Assembly: GCA_021734995.1 (NCBI GenBank)
Contig: JAIPHX010000003.1
Location: forward strand, 75,969 to 139,968
Direction of reading: 5' to 3'
Length of the DNA: 64,000 nt
Origin: Minisyncoccota bacterium
GTDB taxonomy: Bacteria > Patescibacteriota > Minisyncoccia > Phycocordibacterales > UBA9973
The notes beneath the pieces were generated by a model that worked only from the letters and a program-made list of their open reading frames with translations, was not told the DNA's origin and did not search any database. This document shows positions 18,596 through 26,708 of the stretch, in pieces. Both the position numbers and the translations under genes were made by a program. The first letter of the stretch is position 1. The number at the start of each line of letters is the position of its first letter.

Positions 18596-19078
18596 TTAGG
18601 CTTTATTTGAGAATTTGTGGTAGTGGTCGTTTAAGAAGGTTATTTCTGTATTTTTATTTCTCAATAAAATAGAGCACTTCTTCTCATCTGGAGCAATAAT
18701 GCAATCCATCGATTTATTTTCTTTTAGAAATTCTACTAAACACCCAAAGTCACCATCTCCTGTTATTAAGATACAAGAATTAAATGATTTAGTATAAAAA
18801 TCAGATGTGGCTTTTAGCACAAGCTCAGCGTCGCAATTTCCTTTTATTTTCTCTCCGATAGATACAGTTTGCTTAAAAATTAAAATATAACCGCACTTTT
18901 GAAGATGTTCATAGAACTTTGTCCTCTCTGGTACTAGCCCAATGAATAGATATACAATCCCTGGATTATATTTTTGACGGAGCCAGCCACGAAATTTTTT
19001 ATAATCAATCTCGAATCCCAGTTCCTTGGCTGATCTGTATAAGTTATTTCCATCAATGTAAATGTTTGCCTTGTTCAT
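18596..19078 (-). CDS. NYN-domain (PIN-like) ribonuclease
   Basis: YIDGNNL, KGNCDAEL, TGDGDF. Confidence 0.9.
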   Translation of the reverse strand: MNKANIYIDGNNLYRSAKELGFEIDYKKFRGWLRQKYNPGIVYLFIGLVPERTKFYEHLQKCGYILIFKQTVSIGEKIKGNCDAELVLKATSDFYTKSFNSCILITGDGDFGCLVEFLKENKSMDCIIAPDEKKCSILLRNKNTEITFLNDHYHKFSNKA

Positions 19079-19119
19079 TACGTAATTATATCACCCCTTA
19101 ATCCTTTAACAATATACTT

Positions 19120-19206
19120 ATTCGAACATCACCCCAAGTTCGAAGTCAACAAAATCACTTTATTTTACAATGTGATTTTTTATTACTTTAATAGGAATTC
19201 AAATCT
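19120..19206. repeat. att repeat R11
   Basis: Left arm as R7/R9, right arm as R8. Confidence 0.85.
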
Positions 19207-19222
19207 ATGATATAATTTTTGC

Positions 19223-20086
19223 ATGAATGTTGATTTAAAAAAGTTAGGGGAGTCATTGAAAGAAGTTTTTCTTAATCAGGAAAAGTTTGAGATGGATTTA
19301 GTGATCAAAGAATTTAATGGTGCAGATTTTCTTTTCTTTTATATTTATGAGTCACAAGATGATGCATCTCCAATATTTTATTTTATTCTAAGTCCATGGG
19401 ATGCTAAATCAAAGGTTGCACCGCAAGGGGCACAAGTATTCAAAGGTGGCAAGTTAATTTTTCAAACTGATTATACTGAGTATGTAAAAATACGTACTGG
19501 ACTAATGGACGCTTTTGCCCTTCAAGCTATTGGGAAAGATCCATCAAATGCACGTATACTTTATATAGGAGCTGGTGGAGTGGCTGGTTGGTCATTACGT
19601 GCTCTTAAAACATATTTTCCAAAAATCACTAACATAGATTACAAAAATGAAACAAATGGTCAACTAATCTTTGAGGAAATAGGGAAAGAAATTGGTGTTA
19701 AAACAAAATTTATAGATAAGCCAGATTTTGGTGAATATGATTATATTTTTATGCACACTAATTCACGTGAACCAGTACTTTTAGAAGATGATGTACAGAA
19801 ATTAAAAGATGGTGCATTTATTTCAATTTTCAGTGATAAAAATGAAGCAGTCCTTGATGTATACAAAGATGCAACTATATTAGTAAACTGGCTTGATAGT
19901 TTTGAGAAAGAATCAGATCTAATAGAAGGGAAGTCAAAAGGGATTATTGACCCAACACAAGCAATAACAATACGTCATCTTTTAGAAGGCGGAACATTAC
20001 CCACTAAACATCATATTGTTTTCCGTTCTGGTGGTACGCCTATGCAAAACGTTGCAATGCTTAAGTATTTAATGATGAAGGAGTAG
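19223..20086 (+). CDS. ornithine cyclodeaminase-like NAD-binding protein
   Basis: RTG...A, IGAGGVA Rossmann motif, C-terminal FRSGG.P.Q. Confidence 0.65.
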   Translation: MNVDLKKLGESLKEVFLNQEKFEMDLVIKEFNGADFLFFYIYESQDDASPIFYFILSPWDAKSKVAPQGAQVFKGGKLIFQTDYTEYVKIRTGLMDAFALQAIGKDPSNARILYIGAGGVAGWSLRALKTYFPKITNIDYKNETNGQLIFEEIGKEIGVKTKFIDKPDFGEYDYIFMHTNSREPVLLEDDVQKLKDGAFISIFSDKNEAVLDVYKDATILVNWLDSFEKESDLIEGKSKGIIDPTQAITIRHLLEGGTLPTKHHIVFRSGGTPMQNVAMLKYLMMKE

Positions 20087-20094
20087 ATAAATAT

Positions 20095-20192
20095 ATTCTA
20101 ACGTTCTCCCAAGTCCGAAGCAAAATCTCTAACTTTATTTCATAAGGAATTTTTTTCCTACAATTTTAGGAACTATTGCGAAGTTTGAACCT
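20095..20192. repeat. att repeat R12 (degenerate)
   Basis: ATTCTAACGTTCTCCCAAGTCCGAAGCA...AAGTTTGAACCT. Confidence 0.75.
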
Positions 20193-20212
20193 GTGATAAA
20201 ATTATTGACAAT

Positions 20213-20608
20213 ATGAAACAATCAATTGCTCTTACATCGTTAGTTGTTGCAGATTACGATGAGGCTATTAATTTTTATACAAAAAAACTTCATTTTTCTT
20301 TAATTGAAGATACATATCAACCAGAAGAAAATAAGAGATGGGTAGTTGTTGCTCCACCAGGTTCTTCTAGTTCTCAGCTTCTATTAGCAAAAGCATCTAC
20401 ACCTGAACAAAAATTATTTATCGGTAATCAAACTGGGGGAAGAGTATTTCTTTTTCTAAATACTGATGATTTTTGGAGAGATTATAAAGAAATGATTTCT
20501 GTGGGAATTGAATTTGTGAGAGAACCCAAGACTGCTTCTTTTGGGACATTTGCTGTCTTTAAGGACTTGTATGGAAATTTATGGGACTTAATTGAGGTAA
20601 AAAAATAG
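20213..20608 (+). CDS. VOC/glyoxalase family protein
   Basis: DYDEAINFYT..L...RWVVV, F.DLYGN.WDL. Confidence 0.9.
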   Translation: MKQSIALTSLVVADYDEAINFYTKKLHFSLIEDTYQPEENKRWVVVAPPGSSSSQLLLAKASTPEQKLFIGNQTGGRVFLFLNTDDFWRDYKEMISVGIEFVREPKTASFGTFAVFKDLYGNLWDLIEVKK

Positions 20609-20633
20609 GATTTTTTATTTTCCTACAATACTC

Positions 20634-20662
20634 ATTAGAACATCGTCTCAAGTGCGGGTCAA
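20634..20662. repeat. att repeat R13 (degenerate left arm)
   Basis: ATTAGAACATCGTCTCAAGTGCGGGTCAA. Confidence 0.6.
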
Positions 20663-20755
20663 AATTTAAAGATAGCTATTAATACATATAAAGTATATGC
20701 TTAATATATTATCTTGTTTTGTCGGGAACATGGACTTATTCTAGATTTTTATTTT

Positions 20756-20893
20756 ATGATTACAACAATTGCAATTATCTTATTGATCTTATGGGTTTTA
20801 GGTTTTATTGGTTTTCCTATTTTAGGAGGATTTATTCACATACTTTTAGTGATAGCTGTAATCCTTGTTTTGCTTCGTATCATTCGCGGGTAA
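20756..20893 (+). CDS. lmo0937-family 45-aa membrane protein (not in ORF track)
   Basis: MITTIAIILLILWVLGFIGFPILGGFIHILLVIAVILVLLRIIRG. Confidence 0.85.
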   Translation: MITTIAIILLILWVLGFIGFPILGGFIHILLVIAVILVLLRIIRG

Positions 20894-20896
20894 AAC

Positions 20897-21010
20897 TCAT
20901 TTAATTTTATCCAAAAAGGTTCTCACTTCGTCTAGTAGAGGGAGCAAAATTTTAAGCCATATTTTATAATGGTTACTTTTTGCTATTTTTTTTTGCAAAA
21001 GTTCCTGCCT
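20897..21010. repeat. att repeat R14; antisense tail LLPLLDEVRTFLDKIK*
   Basis: GAGCA 20942, right arm GCCATATTTTATAATGGTTA..., degenerate end AAGTTCCTGCC. Confidence 0.8.
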
Positions 21011-21036
21011 GAATTATTTTGGTGTATAATTTAAAA

Positions 21037-21573
21037 ATGGAAACAATAATAGAAAAAGCAAAAAGATTTGCAAAAGAAGCTCATAAAAATCATTCAGAGA
21101 ATGATTCACTTAAAACACCTTATTTCTTCCATCTACAGAGAGTTGCTAGATTGGTTCAATTATCTGGTGGAACAGATGAAGAAATCGCTTCTGCGTGGCT
21201 TCATGATACGGTAGAAGATACTGATGTAACAATTGAAGATATACAAAAAGAGTTTGGTGACAATATAGCAAGTATTGTTAACGGACTAACAGACCTACTT
21301 GAATGGAGTAAACTTTCTATTTCAGAAAAAAAATTAGCCCAAGCAGAAAGGATTTCCAACGAAAATGATTCTGTAAAACGAGTTAAGATTGCTGACCAAA
21401 TCTCTGGTAGTGAATTAGATGCTAGAAATCTTCTTATAAGCAAGCAAGATAGATTGGAAAGTTTTGAAGGTGTTAAAAAGGTTGCTAGTGCTTGTAATGG
21501 AGTTAGTCAAGGTCTTGATGATTTATTTTCTGAAATAAGCGAAGAGATAGACTGGTATTTAGCGAATAGCTAG
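21037..21573 (+). CDS. HD-domain protein, small alarmone hydrolase/Mesh1-like
   Basis: PY..H..RVA, WLHDTVEDT, VKIAD. Confidence 0.85.
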   Translation: METIIEKAKRFAKEAHKNHSENDSLKTPYFFHLQRVARLVQLSGGTDEEIASAWLHDTVEDTDVTIEDIQKEFGDNIASIVNGLTDLLEWSKLSISEKKLAQAERISNENDSVKRVKIADQISGSELDARNLLISKQDRLESFEGVKKVASACNGVSQGLDDLFSEISEEIDWYLANS

Positions 21574-21580
21574 AATAGCT

Positions 21581-21666
21581 ATTCGAACATCCTCTAAAGT
21601 TCGGAGCATTGCAAATATTCTCATTTTTCAGGGGTATTTTTTCTACTTTATAACAAGTGCTAACCT
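21581..21666. repeat. att repeat R15
   Basis: ATTCGAACATCCTCTAAAGTTCGGAGCA...AAGTGCTAACCT. Confidence 0.8.
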
Positions 21667-21683
21667 GTGGTAGAATTAAAATT

Positions 21684-22247
21684 ATGCAAAATAATGTATT
21701 TATATTCCACGGAACTGAAGGATACCCAGAAGAAAACTGGTTTCCTTGGCTAAAAGAAAAACTTGAAGCAAAAGGTTGTAATGTTATTGTGCCACAATTT
21801 CCAACTTCTCCAGTAGTGCCTGCTAAAATAGCAGAATGGTTTGAGGTCCTAAAAGGTTATGAGCAGTATATAAATGAAGATACAATTTTAATTGGTCATA
21901 GTTTAGGTGGCGTATTTGCTCTAAGAGTATTAGAACAATTAAAACATCCAGTCAAAGCAGTTTTTCTAACAGGAACACCAATAGGAGTAAAACCAATTCT
22001 TAGTTATGATAGGGATAATAGTTTTGGTGGTTTTAATTTTGATTGGCAAAAGATTAAAACTAACGCTAAACATTTTGATGTTTTTCAATCAGACAATGAC
22101 CCTTATGTTTCTTTAGGGAATGGAGAACAATTAGCTAAAAAATTAGGTGTTGAGCTTACTTTTATACCAAATGCTGGGCACTTTAATAAAAAAGCAGGAT
22201 ACTTAAGTTTTCCTGATTTATTAACTAAGATTGAAACAATTTTATGA
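21684..22247 (+). CDS. RBBP9/YdeN-family alpha/beta hydrolase
   Basis: IFHG...WFPWL, GHSLG, SDNDPYV, AGHFN. Confidence 0.9.
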   Translation: MQNNVFIFHGTEGYPEENWFPWLKEKLEAKGCNVIVPQFPTSPVVPAKIAEWFEVLKGYEQYINEDTILIGHSLGGVFALRVLEQLKHPVKAVFLTGTPIGVKPILSYDRDNSFGGFNFDWQKIKTNAKHFDVFQSDNDPYVSLGNGEQLAKKLGVELTFIPNAGHFNKKAGYLSFPDLLTKIETIL

Positions 22248-22253
22248 GAATAT

Positions 22254-22649
22254 ATGGAAAATTATAGAGGTGTAATAATTGAAGAAAGCTTAGAAAACAA
22301 AGAAGTGCTTAAAAAAGTTCAGATTTTGGAAACCAAGATTAGTATTGTTTCAGAAAAACATAAAACTCCTTGGATTAAACAATGGACCTTGCATACTGTT
22401 TTAATTCCAGAAAATGAAGCTGAGAACATTGCTAAAGAGCTGAGCGTCTCTTTGGATACAGAGCATAACTGGTATGCTGATTATAGAAGCAAAACTCATC
22501 ATTATATTATTTTCAGAGATAAGGTTTTTTACATAAACAGAAAAAGCATAGAAGAATATAATAAAGCAAAAGAGTATGGTCTTTCTTTGGGTATTCCAGA
22601 ATACCAAGTAGATTTTCACCCAGATGTGAAAGAGTGGGAAAAAGAATAA
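22254..22649 (+). CDS. conserved hypothetical protein
   Basis: GVIIEESL...WTLH...WYAD...GIPEYQVDF; coupled to upstream gene. Confidence 0.7.
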   Translation: MENYRGVIIEESLENKEVLKKVQILETKISIVSEKHKTPWIKQWTLHTVLIPENEAENIAKELSVSLDTEHNWYADYRSKTHHYIIFRDKVFYINRKSIEEYNKAKEYGLSLGIPEYQVDFHPDVKEWEKE

Positions 22650-22711
22650 AATTAGTTCTGAGCATTGGTGTTGCTTTTGTAATACATCTATTATTTGGTA
22701 TAATTAATGTT

Positions 22712-23251
22712 ATGAAAAATAACAAAGGTTCAGTGTTAGTTATTGTATTAACAATGGCGTTATTGGTTGCTGTTGGGGGTGTTATATATTATGCAGGTAA
22801 GAGTTCAAAAACTATTCCTTTTGTAGAGGAAAATAATCTACTACAAGAGAATCAAGGTAATGTTGTAAATAATCCAGTAAACAATAATACAACAACAGTA
22901 ACAACTACAACAACTACAGTTGCAACTCCTTCTATTACAGTTCTTTCTCCAAATGGTGGAGAATCATATACTACTAGTACTACCATTAAACAGATTCCAG
23001 TAACATGGAAAAGTTCTGGTATTGTAAGTCGTAATGTTGCCATATATGTTAAAAATGTTTCTACTGGGAATGAAGCACCTATTTTAGTAGCTCCTGATAA
23101 CGGCTCAACAGAAATTTACGGTATTCCTTCTGGAAATTATAAAATAAGAATTTGTAATACTAATGCCCAATCAGGAAATTTTGAGGTTGTATATAACCCA
23201 GATTGTTCCTCTGCTTCTGATTATTCTGATAATTCATTTACAGTTCAATAG
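22712..23251 (+). CDS. membrane-anchored protein with Thr-rich linker and ITVLSPNGGE Ig-like domain
   Basis: Pilin-like N-terminus KG + TM; ITVLSPNGGE...SD.SD..F. Confidence 0.7.
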   Translation: MKNNKGSVLVIVLTMALLVAVGGVIYYAGKSSKTIPFVEENNLLQENQGNVVNNPVNNNTTTVTTTTTTVATPSITVLSPNGGESYTTSTTIKQIPVTWKSSGIVSRNVAIYVKNVSTGNEAPILVAPDNGSTEIYGIPSGNYKIRICNTNAQSGNFEVVYNPDCSSASDYSDNSFTVQ

Positions 23252-23339
23252 GTATAAGTAATTTAACAAAAAGACCCATTGTAAGGTACCCCATTTTTAA
23301 TACTAAAAGTTAACCTTTAATCCATGTTATAATTAAATT

Positions 23340-23627
23340 ATGGTTAAACATATTTTACTTTTTAAATTCAAGCAAGGAGTAAGCGAAGAGGAAAAGAATA
23401 AAGGAATAGAAATGCTTAGATCATTAAAAGAAAAAGTTCCTGAAATTAAGGAATGGGAGATAGGAATACAGAGAGAGAAATCAGAAAAATTCTATGATTT
23501 TGCCCAAGTATCTTCTTTTGAAAATATTGAAGATATAAAAAGGTTTGGTGAAAATCCAGAACATGAAAAAGTTAAGGCATATCTAAAAGAAAGAGCAGAT
23601 TGGGTAAAGGTTGATTATGATTTTTAA
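23340..23627 (+). CDS. Dabb (stress-responsive A/B barrel) protein
   Basis: MVKHILLFKFK...IPE...PEH. Confidence 0.85.
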   Translation: MVKHILLFKFKQGVSEEEKNKGIEMLRSLKEKVPEIKEWEIGIQREKSEKFYDFAQVSSFENIEDIKRFGENPEHEKVKAYLKERADWVKVDYDF

Positions 23628-23658
23628 ATCATAACTACTAATTTCCACCAATATACTT

Positions 23659-23680
23659 ATTTGAACATCATACGAAGTTT
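23659..23680. repeat. degenerate att left arm
   Basis: ATTTGAACATCATACGAAGTTT resembles ATTCGAACATCATCCCAAGTTC. Confidence 0.55.
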
Positions 23681-23834
23681 AAATTTGCATTAAGGTTTAT
23701 TTATGGGAATAAGAATCAAAAAACTTAAATACTGTTGTTTAATTACAGAAGAAAATGTTTGATACATTAAGATTCGTCTCCAAATAAAACTATCCAAATA
23801 CTTCCATAGTATGAAATATTTTTTAGAACTGTAT

Positions 23835-24284
23835 TTATGAATTAATTTTTATAAATGCTTCTTTCACTGACTTGTTAAATATAAAATAATAACCAATAAT
23901 AAGGTTAATCACCAAAATAATGAAATTATCATAATTGCCATTTAATATTGATCCAATACTTACCAAAATTCCAAGAATAGAAATAATGATAACAAGAATT
24001 CTTGTCCAGTTTTTACCAGACCATAAACCCCTAGCTACAAAAAAATATACAAAACCAATTAGGATTACAATAAAACCAATAACAACAAAAACAGCAGTGC
24101 CTATTGTAGTTATTGGTGGGAAAAATTGACCCATAACTCGAGACAATATATTGCCTGCAAATATTGCCCAAATTCCTGAAATCCAAACACCTACCGCAAT
24201 AATATAATTTATAACAGCTAGTATTTTTACTGGCAAAGGTACAATTTTTAATAAACTTTTATCCTCTATAATTTTATTATCCAT
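23835..24284 (-). CDS. 4-TM membrane protein
   Basis: Hydrophobic segments, GLW.GK.W.R. Confidence 0.7.
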   Translation of the reverse strand: MDNKIIEDKSLLKIVPLPVKILAVINYIIAVGVWISGIWAIFAGNILSRVMGQFFPPITTIGTAVFVVIGFIVILIGFVYFFVARGLWSGKNWTRILVIIISILGILVSIGSILNGNYDNFIILVINLIIGYYFIFNKSVKEAFIKINS

Positions 24285-24431
24285 AAATTTTATTAATATT
24301 AATTACTTTTCTAATACATATATATTAACCTAAATACTAAAAAATTCATAAAAATTAAACATCTTCTTTTTTCGCTAAATAACTTGGAATATTCGCTTTA
24401 GTTTCATCTTTGGTGAGATGGGACTGTCTCA

Positions 24432-24500
24432 TGTTTGGATCCTAATTTAAAGTCATATATTTTAATGGTTATTTTGCCTACCTAAGTAGCAGTTCAAACC
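24432..24500. repeat. att repeat (degenerate core + right arm)
   Basis: GTTTGGATCC...ATGGTTATTTTGCCTACCTAAGTAGCAGTTCAAACC; 55-bp core-to-TTCAAA spacing. Confidence 0.75.
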
Positions 24501-24517
24501 CATGATATAATACTAAA

Positions 24518-24865
24518 ATGTTTAATAAAAAAAATATACAAAATATACCAACAGAGCAAACCTCACATAACTCTGGTTCTAGAAAGATGTTGACTACCAA
24601 AGAAGAAGTTGACTCTAGGTGCTTTGAAGCTTTTACTTACGGGTTTTTACCACCAAAAGAAAAATGGGTAATGCACAAACATGAAAATATTGTTGAAATA
24701 TGTTTGGTAGTAAAAGGGTCTGGTGTTATCAGAAACTTAAAAGGGGAAACAGAAAAATTTGAATCTGGAGACAGATTTATTTTCCCCTCTGACATAGAAC
24801 ATGAAATAGAAAATCTTTCGGAGGAGACAGCAGAATTTTATTTTTTTAGGATTCAATGTATTTAA
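24518..24865 (+). CDS. cupin domain protein
   Basis: HKH...E...VVKGSG, GD...P...EH.I.N. Confidence 0.88.
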   Translation: MFNKKNIQNIPTEQTSHNSGSRKMLTTKEEVDSRCFEAFTYGFLPPKEKWVMHKHENIVEICLVVKGSGVIRNLKGETEKFESGDRFIFPSDIEHEIENLSEETAEFYFFRIQCI

Positions 24866-24870
24866 GACTT

Positions 24871-24956
24871 ATTCGAACATTGTCCAAAGTATAGAGCCTG
24901 TGAATCACTTTTATCTTCAAGGCAACTTTTACCTACCTTTGTAGAAGTTCGAACCT
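24871..24956. repeat. att repeat
   Basis: ATTCGAACATTGTCCAAAGTATAGAGCC...GTAGAAGTTCGAACCT. Confidence 0.85.
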
Positions 24957-24972
24957 ATGATAAAATCATCAT

Positions 24973-25668
24973 ATGAAAAAAACACCAGAACAAGCATTAG
25001 AAGAAATATTTGATGAGTATAAAGATCAAGGCCTCATCTCCCTATATTTATATGGTTCAATTTTAACAAAAGATTATATTGAAGGTGCGAGTGATATTGA
25101 TTCAATTGGTTTTGCCACTGAAGAAATGTCAATTACTCTTGAAAATGAAATAAAAAATAAATTGTGTGAAAAAACTGGTTTTGAACAATTTGGTTTTAGA
25201 CTTTTATATAAATCTGAATTAGATACAGGGGTCATAAAAGGCAATTTAGCAAGTTTCATTCATCCACAGTTATTGCTTCTTGATTTTCCACATTGGAAAT
25301 ATGTAATTGGTAAAAACTTTCTGAGGTCAGATTTTTTACTAGTAGATATTGATGCAATTGGGGCTGTAAAAATTAGGTTAGATCACTTAGTAAGAATTGA
25401 AAATGAGTCATTTAAAACACATCCAGGGGGTAAACACATTTTGTTTTTAAAAGTTTTAGCTCGGATAATGTTTCATTTACAAAAAGAACGAGGTTGTAAT
25501 GACCCTTTTTCATATAGTTCAGTATTTTCTAATTCAAACGAGGAAGAAAAACCAGTTGCCGAAGCAATCCTTAACTGTAAAAAAAGTAAATGGGATGAAT
25601 CTATGTTCAAGGAAAATGTGACTATTTATAAAAACTATATTGATACTCTGAGGAGTCGTTATTTATAG
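24973..25668 (+). CDS. nucleotidyltransferase (Pol-beta superfamily)
   Basis: LYLYGS...SDID. Confidence 0.75.
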   Translation: MKKTPEQALEEIFDEYKDQGLISLYLYGSILTKDYIEGASDIDSIGFATEEMSITLENEIKNKLCEKTGFEQFGFRLLYKSELDTGVIKGNLASFIHPQLLLLDFPHWKYVIGKNFLRSDFLLVDIDAIGAVKIRLDHLVRIENESFKTHPGGKHILFLKVLARIMFHLQKERGCNDPFSYSSVFSNSNEEEKPVAEAILNCKKSKWDESMFKENVTIYKNYIDTLRSRYL

Positions 25669-25683
25669 AACCTATCATATTCA

Positions 25684-25768
25684 GTCGAACATTGTTCCAA
25701 GTTTGGAGTAGAATTTAAAGCCATATTTTACAATGGATATTTTGGGTACCTTTTTATGCTTTGAAACC
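25684..25768. repeat. att repeat (degenerate)
   Basis: GTCGAACATTGTTCCAAGTTTGGAGTA...GCCATATTTTACAATGG...TTTGAAACC. Confidence 0.8.
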
Positions 25769-25785
25769 TTTGGTATAATAAAATT

Positions 25786-26379
25786 ATGAAAACTGAAATT
25801 GAAGCTAAATTTTTAAATATTGATGTTGAAAAAATAAGAACTAAATTAAAAGAAATTGGTGCTGTTTTAAAATATCCAGAAAGATTCATGAAAAGAAAGG
25901 TTTTTGATTACCCAGATGAAAGATTAAAAAAAGAAGGGGCATGGATTCGTGTTAGAGATGAGGGAGATGAAAAGATAACTTTGAGTTATAAGAAACTTAT
26001 AGATAGAACTCTTAATGGAACAAAAGAAATAACCTTAGATGTAAGCAATTTTGAAACTATGTGTGATTTTCTTCAGGCATGTGGTTTTGATAGTAAATCG
26101 TATCAAGAAACTAAAAGAGAAAAATGGATGATCGGAAATTCAGAAATTACGATTGATACATGGCCTTGGATTCCAACATTCGTAGAAATAGAATCTGAAA
26201 CAGAAGAAGAAATACATAGAACTTCGGACCTGCTTGGTTTTGATTGGAATAAAGCTTTTCATGGAAGCGTAGAAACAGCTTACCAAGATGTATTTGATGT
26301 TACAGAAGATGAGGTTGATGGATGGGAAGAGATTACTTTTATTCCTGTCCCAGATTGGTTAGAAATTAAGAGAAAATAG
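25786..26379 (+). CDS. CYTH-domain protein (class IV adenylate cyclase-like)
   Basis: EIEAK, WIRVR, LSYK, EIE. Confidence 0.9.
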   Translation: MKTEIEAKFLNIDVEKIRTKLKEIGAVLKYPERFMKRKVFDYPDERLKKEGAWIRVRDEGDEKITLSYKKLIDRTLNGTKEITLDVSNFETMCDFLQACGFDSKSYQETKREKWMIGNSEITIDTWPWIPTFVEIESETEEEIHRTSDLLGFDWNKAFHGSVETAYQDVFDVTEDEVDGWEEITFIPVPDWLEIKRK

Positions 26380-26668
26380 TATTTATTCACATTTCTTTCC
26401 AAGCGCAGAACAAACAGTGAATCCTAATTTAGATGGGTGCATTTCTTGTTGCGGTAATCTCCCATATATTTCTTGGACGTCGTTTTTCCTCCATAAATAG
26501 TTTAATCAAGAAATAATCTTAGTGATTTTTATAGATTATGCTAAAGATAATAATTAATTAAACAATACACTCGGGTTAGGGAACACTTCATTCCACTCTA
26601 TAGCCCCTAAGTTATCCTTCCAACAATCGAGCCCTTTTTCTATACATATCTCCACATACTTGTTTGAT

Positions 26669-26702
26669 CTACCTAAGTAGAAGGGTGAACCTATGGTATA
26701 GT
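26669..26702. repeat. last degenerate att right arm with promoter
   Basis: CTACCTAAGTAGAAGGGTGAACCTATGGTATAGT. Confidence 0.6.
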
Positions 26703-26708
26703 GTTTAT

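Noticed and set aside
20719-20904. 61-aa ORF from the track
   Set aside because: Another frame (20756-20893) encodes a recognisable lmo0937-family protein.
22880-22930. ACA/ACT trinucleotide run as a tandem repeat element
   Set aside because: Simply encodes a Thr-rich linker.
11651-25768. Repeats as tRNA pseudogenes because of GTTCGAA
   Set aside because: No T-stem or cloverleaf; TTCGAA-to-core spacing is 22 bp, not the 17 bp of the tRNA; the left arms translate as recombinase-like tails.
11578-26702. Repeats as a CRISPR array
   Set aside because: Units are ~85 bp, degenerate and separated by whole genes; no cas genes.
11578-26702. Classical integron attC array
   Set aside because: No IntI tyrosine recombinase in the window and no long imperfect attC palindrome. 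The repeats match the LSR/tRNA junction and cassettes have their own promoters. An IntI elsewhere in the genome cannot be excluded.
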